From an uncultured Deinococcales bacterium (GTDB lineage Bacteria > Deinococcota > Deinococci > Deinococcales > JAAFIG01), in contig CAXTKV010000067.1 in the NCBI GenBank assembly GCA_964244895.1, positions 1 to 22,908 of the forward strand: a stretch of DNA of 22,908 nucleotides, written 5' to 3'. The position numbers and the translations under genes are program-made. The notes beneath the pieces were generated by a model. That model was not told the origin of the DNA and ran no database searches. It saw only the letters and a list, made by a program, of their open reading frames with translations. This document shows, piece by piece, positions 9,322 to 17,039 of this stretch (within the stretch, counting starts at the first letter, position 1; each line of letters starts with the position of its first letter).

Positions 9322-11250
9322 TCAATTGAGCGCACCGATGCGGCGATCCAGCACCTGCAACCGCAACGGCAACTCGCCGACCTCATCGCGGTAACGCTTT
9401 GTGATGTCCTCGAGCTTCCGGCGAGCCGCGACGTGACCCTCGAGTTCCAGCGTGGCGCTGACCAGGTACTCGGCCAGCACCTCGTTCAAGGGTTCGATCT
9501 CGAGAAGGCGCACGGAAAGCTCAAGGCACTTGCCGAACTCGCCGCGCGCGCTCCAGGTGTCCATCAACCGCAATCCAGCTTTGACCACCGACCATTCCAA
9601 GGCTTCACGCTCCGAGCGGGCCCAATCGCTTTCCGCCTGCGGCAGAAAAGCCCCCGTGTACACCCTGACGGCGCGCTCGAGACCATCTTCCTCGTCGGCA
9701 CTTAGCAGGCTCTTTATTTCGGTCACGTCAACTTTCAGGCGCGGCCCTTCGCAACTGACGCTGTAGCGCTTGGTGGCCCGGTCGTAAACGATCACCATGC
9801 CCGGTACGGCCCGCGCGAGTTCGTGGCGCACCTGGTGCATGTAATTCGCGGAGGCGTCCGGCGCGTCCTCGGGCCACAGGGCGGCCAGCAGTTGATCGCG
9901 CGTCACGTCCGGATTCAAGAGCAAATACGCGATCACTTCCAGGCTGCGGCGCATCACCAGCTTGACGGTTCGCCCGTCCGCCAGCAGCTGCGGCTGACCG
10001 AGCGTCACAACCTGCAAGCTGACCGGGGCGCTGCCCTCGAGGGCGCGCCAGTCCTCGAACAGCACGGCGGCGTAGGCGCTCTTGGGCAATCCGGCCACCC
10101 GATCAAAGCAATTCGCTAAGCCCCGCAACTCGAGCACGATGGCTGTCCCCACGCCGAGCGCGTGGCGCGTATCCGCGACCGCCTCGAGCGCCCGATCTGC
10201 GGCGGGCAGGTTGCCGGAACGCAGGTGCGCCTCAGCCAGGTGCAAGAGCGCCCAGGCGGCCTCGCGGCGCAACCCGAACTGCTCGAAGGCCGTCTGGGCC
10301 TGTTCGAGTGTACCGAAAGCCCGCGCGTCACCTTGCGCGGCCCACATCGTGCCTTCGCGCAACGCCAGGAAAGCGCGTCGGCGGTCGTCCGTCGCCAGCA
10401 TCCGGGCGCGCGCCAGGTGCGCCCGCGCCGCGTCCATTCGCTCCAGCCCGACCTCGATGGCGGCAGACCCCAGTTCTGCGAAGAACTCCGTTTCCGCGTC
10501 CAGGATGGTGCGGGCCTGAACGGAAGCCGCGCCAAACGCCTCGAGCGCTTCCGCCCAGCGTCCCTGAGCGCGCCGCAGCGTCCCCAAATAGTAGGCCACC
10601 ACGGGCTCCGCGTTCGGCGTCTGTTTGAGCAACATTTGCGCTTCCAGCACGGCATTTTCTGCATCGTTGAAGCGCCCGGCGTAGACCAGCGACAAGCTCT
10701 GTTTAATCAATGGGTAAAGCCGTTTGCTGCCCGAAGCGTACTGAAGCGCCAGCTCGAAATAATGGCTCGCCTGACGTTCCAGACTGCGGTGACTGTAGGT
10801 GCTGGCCAGCACGTGCGCGATGCTCGAGCGCAGGGCGGCTCCCGCGTCGGACGCCAGGGCCGCATTCCAGGCGCGTTCGAGCGCATCGGTGGCCTGCCGG
10901 AGCGACCCGCTCAGCAGCAATTGAATGCCCTTCTCGCGTTCCGCCAGGGCGCGATCAAACGGACTGAGTTCATCGAACGGCAGGGCTTGGAGGGTGCTGG
11001 ACGCGAGTTCATCCTGACCCAGATGCCGCAGAACCGTCGAGAGTTCGATCGCGGCGGGACGGCAACCCGCGCCGACGGATTTCATCAACAAATCCTTGGC
11101 GGACAGCAGTTGACCGACGGCGAACAGGCAATACCCAGCCCAGCGGTCGTCTTCCGGAGCGGCGAGCTTGAGTTTGCGGTGAATCTGCAATCCGCGCTCG
11201 TAATTCGATTCCAGGATCGACTCGAGTATGGCGTTGGGTCTGTCCGGCAT
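9322..11250 (-). CDS. TPR-repeat / winged-helix / BTAD (SARP-type) transcriptional regulator (642 aa)
   Basis: Start reassigned to ATG 11250 (GAGGAG RBS). About 400 aa of TPR-like helices (e.g. YYLGTLRRAQGRWAEALEAF), then VVTLGQPQL..EVIAYLLL..RDQLLAALWPE (SARP wHTH) and YTGAFLP..SDWARSERE..LLEIEPLNE (BTAD). Confidence 0.88.
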   Translation of the reverse strand: MPDRPNAILESILESNYERGLQIHRKLKLAAPEDDRWAGYCLFAVGQLLSAKDLLMKSVGAGCRPAAIELSTVLRHLGQDELASSTLQALPFDELSPFDRALAEREKGIQLLLSGSLRQATDALERAWNAALASDAGAALRSSIAHVLASTYSHRSLERQASHYFELALQYASGSKRLYPLIKQSLSLVYAGRFNDAENAVLEAQMLLKQTPNAEPVVAYYLGTLRRAQGRWAEALEAFGAASVQARTILDAETEFFAELGSAAIEVGLERMDAARAHLARARMLATDDRRRAFLALREGTMWAAQGDARAFGTLEQAQTAFEQFGLRREAAWALLHLAEAHLRSGNLPAADRALEAVADTRHALGVGTAIVLELRGLANCFDRVAGLPKSAYAAVLFEDWRALEGSAPVSLQVVTLGQPQLLADGRTVKLVMRRSLEVIAYLLLNPDVTRDQLLAALWPEDAPDASANYMHQVRHELARAVPGMVIVYDRATKRYSVSCEGPRLKVDVTEIKSLLSADEEDGLERAVRVYTGAFLPQAESDWARSEREALEWSVVKAGLRLMDTWSARGEFGKCLELSVRLLEIEPLNEVLAEYLVSATLELEGHVAARRKLEDITKRYRDEVGELPLRLQVLDRRIGALN

Positions 11251-11473
11251 GATCTCCTCGCTGTGCGGGCCGACAGCAGCGCGCTTCTTCTGCTCGCATC
11301 CTACGGGTTGGCGCGGAACGTGTGTAGTCCACGACTGACGTTTGAGATCCCTCGGAATCGAGCGGGTCAGTTCCGGTTTCAAAATCCAGATTTTGTGTTT
11401 CAGTCCTTACAAAACAACTCAGAATCATCATTTCTTTCGCGTTGATCGGCTTAAAAAGCATTCCGAGTCGTGG

Positions 11474-11503
11474 TTGACAGCCTCAAAGAGAACCCACGAT
11501 AAT
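11474..11503 (+). promoter_or_regulatory. Sigma70-type promoter for the small peptide gene
   Basis: TTGACA (11474-11479), 18-nt spacer, GATAAT (11498-11503), in an AT-rich divergent intergenic region. Confidence 0.6.
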
Positions 11504-11567
11504 CCCTACGTAAACCCAAACAATCCCTCGTTTACCCTCCTGGAAACCCAAGAGGAGGGTACGAAAC

Positions 11568-11690
11568 ATGAATAAACGATTCCTAAAGCTGATGCTCGCG
11601 TTCCTTCTGGTCGTGGTTGTCGGGGCGGCTTCCGCAGAACCCGGCTCGAGCCACGGCGGCGGCCTCGGCGCCGCCTGCGTCAAGTGCTGA
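11568..11690 (+). CDS. 40-aa secreted peptide precursor MNKRFLKLMLAFLLVVVVGAASA-EPGSSHGGGLGAACVKC (absent from ORF track)
   Basis: Strong RBS AGAGGAGG 9 nt upstream of ATG 11568, TGA 11688-11690. Basic N-region, hydrophobic core and A-S-A signal peptidase I site. Own promoter upstream and terminator downstream. Confidence 0.82.
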   Translation: MNKRFLKLMLAFLLVVVVGAASAEPGSSHGGGLGAACVKC

Positions 11691-11726
11691 TCCCAAGCTG
11701 AAATCCACGAACACGGTTCGTTCGAC

Positions 11727-11766
11727 CCGCCCGACCGCGCTTCATTCGTCCCGGTCGGGCGGTTTT
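11727..11766 (+). terminator. Intrinsic terminator after the peptide gene (possibly shared with the convergent response regulator)
   Basis: 11-bp perfect stem CCGCCCGACCG (11727-11737) / CGGTCGGGCGG (11752-11762) followed by TTTT. Confidence 0.65.
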
Positions 11767-12448
11767 ATTCCAGGTTGCTCGGGTCGATCCAGGCGCGTTT
11801 GATGGCGTACAGCACGGCTTCCGTGCGCGAGCCCACGCCCAGCTTGGAAAAAATGTTCGCCAGGTGAACCTGGACGGTGCGCGGGCTGATCTCGAGATCG
11901 CGCGCGATTTCCTTGTTGGTGCTGCCTGTGGCCGCGACCCGCAGCACCTCGAGTTCCCTCGGGCTGAGGGTTTCCTCGGTGGCGGTGATGCGGGCGGTCG
12001 GCATGGTCTGGGCGCTGAAGCGCGACAGGACTTTCTTGGCGACGCTCGGGTGCAGCACGCTCTCACCGTCCGCGACCGCCCGGATGGCGCTGACCAGTTC
12101 GTCCTCTCGGGCGTTCTTGAGGATGTACCCGGCGGCTCCGGCTTCCAAGAGCGCGAAAACGTACGCGTCGTCGTCGTAACTGGTCAAGACCAGCACGGCG
12201 GTGGCGGGCAGTTGCGCCTTGATTTTTTGCGTGGCTTCGATGCCGTTCATGCCGGGCATCGAGACATCCATCAAAATCACGTTCGGTCGGTGCTCGAGCG
12301 CCTTGTCGATGCCTTCCTTGCCGTCCGAGGCCTCACCGACCACGCGCAGGTCCGCGTGCGGTTCGAGCATCTCGCGGGTTCCCTTGCGGACGATCGGGTG
12401 GTCATCGACGAGGAGCAGCGTGATCGTGCGCTCGAGGTTGTCTTCCAT
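11765..12448 (-). CDS. NarL/FixJ-family response regulator (REC + LuxR HTH, 227 aa)
   Basis: LLVDDHPIVR, ILMDVSMPGMNG (phospho-Asp), LTSY, GYILK, and LSPRELEVLR..NKEIARDLEISPRTVQVHLANIFSKLGV. TAGACT lies 7 nt before the ATG. Confidence 0.95.
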   Translation of the reverse strand: MEDNLERTITLLLVDDHPIVRKGTREMLEPHADLRVVGEASDGKEGIDKALEHRPNVILMDVSMPGMNGIEATQKIKAQLPATAVLVLTSYDDDAYVFALLEAGAAGYILKNAREDELVSAIRAVADGESVLHPSVAKKVLSRFSAQTMPTARITATEETLSPRELEVLRVAATGSTNKEIARDLEISPRTVQVHLANIFSKLGVGSRTEAVLYAIKRAWIDPSNLE

Positions 12449-12482
12449 GCTGGACAGTCTACTCGAGTTGCGCCAGCCAGCG

Positions 12483-12541
12483 GAACACCGTCCTGGACGC
12501 TGTTTCCTCGAGCATTACTTTTGCGTGTGGGACGGTGTTTT
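12483..12541. repeat. Family A repeat copy between divergent genes
   Basis: GAACACCGTCCTGGACGCTGTT..GCGTGTGGGACGGTGTTT. Confidence 0.8.
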
Positions 12542-12607
12542 TCCGGAGTGTTACCCGATTCGCGCGGCGGGCATTCGAGCCTCATTTTGCAGCGTTAATC
12601 TTCACGC

Positions 12608-13204
12608 GTGAACATCATCGTTTTCGGCGCATCCAGAGGCGTGGGTCGACAGGTCGCGCTGCAAGCGCTCGCCAAGGGCCATGACGTGACCGCTTTCGCC
12701 CGCAACCCGAAGCTCGAGCCGCACCCCAACCTGAGCGTCCTGGCGGGCGACGTGTTGGACGCACAGGCCGTGGCGCGCGCCGTGGTCGGTTTCGACGCCG
12801 TGATCTGCGCGCTGGGCAGCGGCAACACCAACCAGGGCAACGTCCGCAGCATGGGCACGGCCAACATCGTGGCCGCCATGCGCGAAGCGGGCGTCAGACG
12901 CCTGGTGGCCGTCAGTTCTTTCGGCGTGGGCGACAGCCGCAAAGGGTTGGTCGCCAACATCGCGTGGTTGTTCCTGCGGGCCGCGCTGGAAGAACACGAA
13001 CGCCAGGAGGTGATCATCCGATCCAGCGGCCTGAACTGGACGATCGTGCGCCCGACCGGGTTGACCAACGATCCCGCCACGGGCAACATCCGCGTCGGCT
13101 CGAGCGGACGCGGTCGGATCTCTCGGGTGGACGTGGCGGCGTTCGTGCTGAATCAGCTCGTGGATGACTCGAGTTTCAGCCGTTCGATCACGATCAGTTC
13201 GTGA
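12608..13204 (+). CDS. NAD(P)H-binding protein, flavin reductase/BVR-B-like atypical SDR (198 aa)
   Basis: IIVFGASRGVG, GDVLD, DAVICALG, WTIVRP, ISRVDVA. TAATCT lies 6 nt before GTG 12608. Confidence 0.9.
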   Translation: MNIIVFGASRGVGRQVALQALAKGHDVTAFARNPKLEPHPNLSVLAGDVLDAQAVARAVVGFDAVICALGSGNTNQGNVRSMGTANIVAAMREAGVRRLVAVSSFGVGDSRKGLVANIAWLFLRAALEEHERQEVIIRSSGLNWTIVRPTGLTNDPATGNIRVGSSGRGRISRVDVAAFVLNQLVDDSSFSRSITISS

Positions 13205-13216
13205 TCGAATTGAGAT

Positions 13217-13266
13217 AGAACACCGTCTGGAACGCGGATCAAGAATGTCGTGCTGGACGGTGTTCT
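13217..13266. repeat. Family A repeat copy between convergent genes
   Basis: AGAACACCGTCTGGAACG..CGTGCTGGACGGTGTTCT. Confidence 0.85.
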
Positions 13267-13346
13267 CGCGTGAAGGTTCGACGCGAGGCTCGAGAACCGC
13301 TCGATCTCGAGGTGTCGTGAGCGCTCGAGCGCCAACGGTGCGCTGA

Positions 13347-14414
13347 TCAATCCTCGTCGGGTTCCGGGTCGTCCACGGCGTCCACGCCGACCTTCATGAC
13401 TTCGCGCAGTACGACGGTCGCAAAGGAGCCTTTGGGCAATCCGAATTCGATCCAGAAGCCCCCCTCTGGGGTGGCGTCCAGGCTGTCCCCGTCGAGCTTG
13501 ACGCGCGTGATGCGCCGCGAACCCTTGCGCGCCCTGAACGATTCCACGCTCAACTCGAAGGCGGCCAGCACCTCGTCCTCGAGGGCTTTCGATGGGCCGT
13601 GCGCGGGCATGACTTTCTTGCCGTACAACGGGCCGGTGGCGCTGACCTCGAGCCGTTGGGCGCGAGGACTTTCGAGTTCGCCGTCAGAGACGGTGAACAT
13701 CCCGCCGGTGTCGTGCTTTTTGGCCACGTCGCCGGTCAGGAACGCGTCGTACAGGCCGCGTTCCAGGCGCAAGCGAACGTAATGGTTGAACAGCACGCTC
13801 TGCAAACTGCCGATCAGGAAGCGCTTCAAGGGGATGCTCTCGGGGCCGCGCATCCGCCCATCGCGCACCAGTTCCAGGCCGCGCACCGCGTTCTGTCCGG
13901 TGTTGCCGAAGCGTTGCGGCCCGAAGTAATTCGGCACGCCCATGACTTCCAGCCTGTCCAGCACGGCCCTGGCGATGTGCGCCGCGTCCGGCACGGTCTC
14001 GCGCACGCGCAGCCGGAAGCGGTTGCCGCGCAGGTGCCCGATGCCGAGCTTGTTCTCGTGCCTCGAGACTTCGACGATTCGCGCGCCGTCCAGCTTGAAG
14101 GATTCCAGTCGCGGCTCAAACTTGCGCGGCAGGCTGATCCACTGGCGCGTGATCGCGTGCCGATCCTTCAGGCCCGCCACGCCGATGTCACCGAATTTGA
14201 CGTTCAGTTGCCGTGAAAGTTCGTCCAGCACGAATTTTGTCGTGTGTCCCGTCTTCTCGAGCCAGAGGTACGTGTGGTCGCCCTCGCCGGATGGGACGTA
14301 CGCGGGAATCTCCGTGACCTGGAAATCCTCTGGTTCGACCCGGATGCGCCCGCCCGTGCCGGGAAGGTCGGCGGTCACGGGCGGCAGGTCGTTCCAGTCG
14401 AACTCGAGTTTCAC
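13347..14414 (-). CDS. truD: tRNA pseudouridine(13) synthase TruD (355 aa)
   Basis: PEDFQVTE, GEGDH, AGLKDRHAITRQW (catalytic Asp), LRGNRF, PNYFGPQRFG, LPKGSFATVVLRE. TAGAGT lies 6 nt before the GTG. Confidence 0.96.
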   Translation of the reverse strand: MKLEFDWNDLPPVTADLPGTGGRIRVEPEDFQVTEIPAYVPSGEGDHTYLWLEKTGHTTKFVLDELSRQLNVKFGDIGVAGLKDRHAITRQWISLPRKFEPRLESFKLDGARIVEVSRHENKLGIGHLRGNRFRLRVRETVPDAAHIARAVLDRLEVMGVPNYFGPQRFGNTGQNAVRGLELVRDGRMRGPESIPLKRFLIGSLQSVLFNHYVRLRLERGLYDAFLTGDVAKKHDTGGMFTVSDGELESPRAQRLEVSATGPLYGKKVMPAHGPSKALEDEVLAAFELSVESFRARKGSRRITRVKLDGDSLDATPEGGFWIEFGLPKGSFATVVLREVMKVGVDAVDDPEPDED

Positions 14415-14448
14415 GCCCCGACTCTACCAGCCCCGCGTGATCCGCACG

Positions 14449-14503
14449 AGAACACCGTCCAGCACGGTGTTTTTGAAATCGCGTCCGGGACGGTGCCCTC
14501 GAG
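14449..14503. repeat. Family A repeat copy between divergent genes
   Basis: AGAACACCGTCCAGCACGGTGTT..GCGTCCGGGACGGTGCCCTCGAG. Confidence 0.85.
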
Positions 14504-14606
14504 ATGGACGCACCCGAGACCGTGCGATGGCGTGCAGGGCGCGATCAATCTCTCGTCCCCACGAGAAGCGGGGTCGTGCGCCCGACCAGAGCCTTATGAT
14601 TCGCCC

Positions 14607-15449
14607 ATGCCACTCAACGAACATTCCATTCACTTCGATCTTCAAGGCCAACGCGTCTGGGGCATGCTGCACCTGCCGATGACGGTCGCAAAACCCGTCC
14701 CAGCCGTGCTGTTGCTGCACGGGTTCACCGGGCAACGCACGGAACCGCACCGGCTGTTCGTGCTCTTCTCGAGGCTGCTGGCGGAGCGCGGCATCGCCTC
14801 GATGCGCTTCGATTTTCGGGGCTCGGGGGAATCGGAGGGAACGTTCGACGAGATGACCCCATCGCGCGAGGTCGAGGACGTGGTCGCCGCGTACGCTTTT
14901 CTGAAAGCCAGGCCGGAAATTGACGGTCAACGGTTGGGCTTGCTGGGCTTATCCATGGGCGGCATGGTCGCGGCCTTGTCCGTGGCGCAACCGGGTCTGG
15001 AGTTCGCGGCGCTGGCCTTGTGGGCTCCGGCGCACCCGAAAGTCTGGCTGGGGCCGATGCCGGAACAGGTGAGCGCCGCGCAAGTCTGGGACGCGTACCG
15101 TGGGCGCACCGACGCGCCCGAAGCGACCGGAATCGGCTTCGACGAAACGACCGACCGCATAGATTTCAGCGGCAACCCCGTCAGTTTCGGGTTTTTCGAG
15201 GATTTGTTGCGCCTCGAGCCCTTCAAGACGGTCGCGGCGCACCGTGGCGCGGCGCTGGTGGTTCACGGCACCGCCGACCCGACCGTGCCGATCAGCGTTG
15301 GGCAGACCTACGCGAAATCGCTCGAGGCCAGGGGTGAGACAACGTTTCACGCGGTTCCAGACGGGTTGCACACCTTCGAGACGCTCGCTGCGCAGCGCGA
15401 GGCGCACGCCGTGACGCTCGAGTTCTTCGAGAAAACCCTGCTGGTCTGA
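14607..15449 (+). CDS. Alpha/beta-fold hydrolase (esterase/peptidase S9-like, 280 aa)
   Basis: Start reassigned to ATG 14607 (TATGAT 6 nt upstream). LLHGFTG, RFDFRGSGES, nucleophile GLSMGG, HGTADPTVP (Asp), GLHTF (His). Confidence 0.9.
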   Translation: MPLNEHSIHFDLQGQRVWGMLHLPMTVAKPVPAVLLLHGFTGQRTEPHRLFVLFSRLLAERGIASMRFDFRGSGESEGTFDEMTPSREVEDVVAAYAFLKARPEIDGQRLGLLGLSMGGMVAALSVAQPGLEFAALALWAPAHPKVWLGPMPEQVSAAQVWDAYRGRTDAPEATGIGFDETTDRIDFSGNPVSFGFFEDLLRLEPFKTVAAHRGAALVVHGTADPTVPISVGQTYAKSLEARGETTFHAVPDGLHTFETLAAQREAHAVTLEFFEKTLLV

Positions 15450-15477
15450 CGCGAGAACACCGTTCTTGCGCACAGGA

Positions 15478-15686
15478 CAGCACCCTCTTGACCATAAAAC
15501 GCACCTTCTTGCCGCTACTGATAGCACCTGACGGGCTTGCGGCGCTGACGGGCATGGTCGCTTCTTGATCCTGAACATGCACCTTCTTGCCCCTAAAACA
15601 GCACTTGACGGGCTCTGGGCGCTCACGGCAGGATCGCTATCGGGCTGTTCCCGCTTCTTGATCAACAGACAGCACCTACCGGGCTA
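15478..15686. repeat. Degenerate tandem repeat (minisatellite-like)
   Basis: Recurring GCACCTTCTTGCC (15501, 15579), AGCACYTGACGGGCT (15523, 15600), CGCTTCTTGATC (15559, 15652). Higher-order units of about 78 and 93 nt. Confidence 0.7.
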
Positions 15687-15690
15687 CTCG

Positions 15691-15734
15691 CGCTCCAGCA
15701 CGCGCGTATTGATTCGCGCGCTGGACGGTGTTCT
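15691..15734. repeat. Family A repeat copy abutting the MarR stop codon
   Basis: CGCTCCAGCACGCG..CGCGCGCTGGACGGTGTTCT. A further left half-copy GAGAACACCGTTC lies at 15453. Confidence 0.75.
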
Positions 15735-16222
15735 TAACGCGTTGCGCTGTCGGTTCCGACGGATTTCAGCAAACGCTCCAGGCCGTCGCGCAGCGCATCG
15801 AAGCTGTCGGCGCCCAGAACCGTGCGGAATTCGGCTTCGATCTCGAGCCTGACGCGGTTGGCTTCCAGGCAAAAAGCCCAGCCGGTCGGTGTGAACAGCA
15901 CCAGGGTCGCGCGGCGGTCGGTCGGGTCGGGTTGGCGTTCGACGTAACCAATTTTCTCGAGTTCGCCGACCAGTTGGCTGGCGGATTGTTTGGTCACGCC
16001 GAGCCGTTCGGCCAGCGTCGTGATGCGCGTGCCGTCCAGGTCGAGGTTTGAGAGCAGCGCGCCGTGAAAGTTGCTGAGTTCCGCGTGGTGTCCGCCCGCC
16101 AGTAGTTTGGCGCTGGTCATGTCGTTCAGCAGGCGGTAGGCGCGGATCAGCAGACGTCCGACGTGCGGCTGGCGCAGTTCGGCGAGTTGTTCGGTGGTGA
16201 TCTGAGCTTCGGATTTCAACAT
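15734..16222 (-). CDS. MarR-family transcriptional regulator (162 aa; alternative TTG start at 16228)
   Basis: wHTH: RITTLAERLGVTKQSASQLVGELEKIGYVERQPDPTDRRATLVLFTPTG. Confidence 0.92.
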   Translation of the reverse strand: MLKSEAQITTEQLAELRQPHVGRLLIRAYRLLNDMTSAKLLAGGHHAELSNFHGALLSNLDLDGTRITTLAERLGVTKQSASQLVGELEKIGYVERQPDPTDRRATLVLFTPTGWAFCLEANRVRLEIEAEFRTVLGADSFDALRDGLERLLKSVGTDSATR

Positions 16223-16223
16223 G

Positions 16224-16266
16224 GTCAACCTGCTTGACTAAAATAGTCAGTCTGATTTACTATAAT
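16224..16266. promoter_or_regulatory. Divergent promoter region with tandem palindromic operator boxes (probable MarR sites)
   Basis: GTCAA-CCTGC-TTGAC (16224-16238) and the related GTCAG-TCTGA-TTTAC (16246-16260). They overlap TTGACT (16234-16239) and TACTAT/TATAAT (16258-16266). Confidence 0.6.
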
Positions 16267-16298
16267 CCTCGCGCGATCAGAAACACCAGGAGGAACGC

Positions 16299-16886
16299 AT
16301 GAATACTACCCACCGCGAACGCCCCCCGATTCAACCCGGCACGCCCGCCCCAAACTTCCAGACCCACGATCACCTCGGACGACCCATCGCGCTCCAGGAT
16401 TACGCCGGGAAATGGGTGCTGCTGTCTTTTCTGCGCAACGGAGCCTGCGCGATCTGCAACCTGCGCGTCCACCACCTGATCGAACGCTACCCGCAGCTAC
16501 ACGCGAAAGGGCTCGAGGTGCTGACCGTCTTCGAATCCGCGAGAGAAAGCATCGGCACCTCCGTCGGCAAGCAGGACGCGCCATTTCCGATCATTCCCGA
16601 CCCGCAAGCCAACCTGTATGCCCTTTACGGCGCGGAAACATCGCAAGAGAAGATTGAGGCCGTCATGAGCCGACCCGAAACGCCCGGTGTGATCCAGGAT
16701 GCCGCCGCCAACGGCTTCAACCTGACCCCCGAAGAAGGCAGCAACTTCCACCGCCTGCCCGCCGATTTCCTGATCGCACCCGACGGCATCGTGCGAATAG
16801 CGCACTACACCGATCACCTCTACGATCACCTGAGCTTCGAGCAGATCGAAGAGCAACTCGAGGCTCGAGCAACCGTTCACAGCTAA
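16299..16886 (+). CDS. AhpC/TSA-family redoxin (peroxiredoxin-like, CxxC; 195 aa)
   Basis: PAPNF..LQDYAGKWVLLSFLRNGACAICN, FPIIPDP, PADFLIAPDGIVR. RBS AGGAGG. Confidence 0.88.
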   Translation: MNTTHRERPPIQPGTPAPNFQTHDHLGRPIALQDYAGKWVLLSFLRNGACAICNLRVHHLIERYPQLHAKGLEVLTVFESARESIGTSVGKQDAPFPIIPDPQANLYALYGAETSQEKIEAVMSRPETPGVIQDAAANGFNLTPEEGSNFHRLPADFLIAPDGIVRIAHYTDHLYDHLSFEQIEEQLEARATVHS

Positions 16887-16900
16887 GTATTCCCACGAGG

Positions 16901-16945
16901 GCCGTCCAGCACGCGAATATGGCTTTGCGTGCTGGACGGTGTTCT
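16901..16945. repeat. Family A repeat copy
   Basis: CCGTCCAGCACGC-N11-GCGTGCTGGACGG-TGTTCT, 13-bp perfect arms. Confidence 0.85.
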
Positions 16946-16972
16946 CTGGGCTGAATCGTGTCAACCCGGCGA

Positions 16973-17001
16973 CTGACACCGCGCAAAACAGGTGGTAATC
17001 T
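16973..17001 (+). promoter_or_regulatory. Probable trxB promoter
   Basis: CTGACA (16973-16978), 17-nt spacer, TAATCT (16996-17001) with extended -10 TG. Confidence 0.5.
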
Positions 17002-17039
17002 CCGCTGACTCGAGGCGAACGCCTCACACGGAGGAACGC

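Noticed and set aside
11251..11382. N-terminal extensions in the ORF track (TPR-SARP to 11382, lipoprotein to 5916, hydrolase from 14244, trxB from 16992, mutL from 19520, YidB-like to 21891)
   Set aside because: Downstream starts have a better RBS or leaderless -10 box and family-typical N-termini. The extensions run through repeats, promoters or neighbouring genes.
11483..11683. 66-aa minus-strand ORF and ORFs 11342-11575 and 11617-11802 as the real small gene
   Set aside because: They lack an RBS or coherent features. The + strand 11568-11690 frame has promoter, RBS, signal peptide and terminator.
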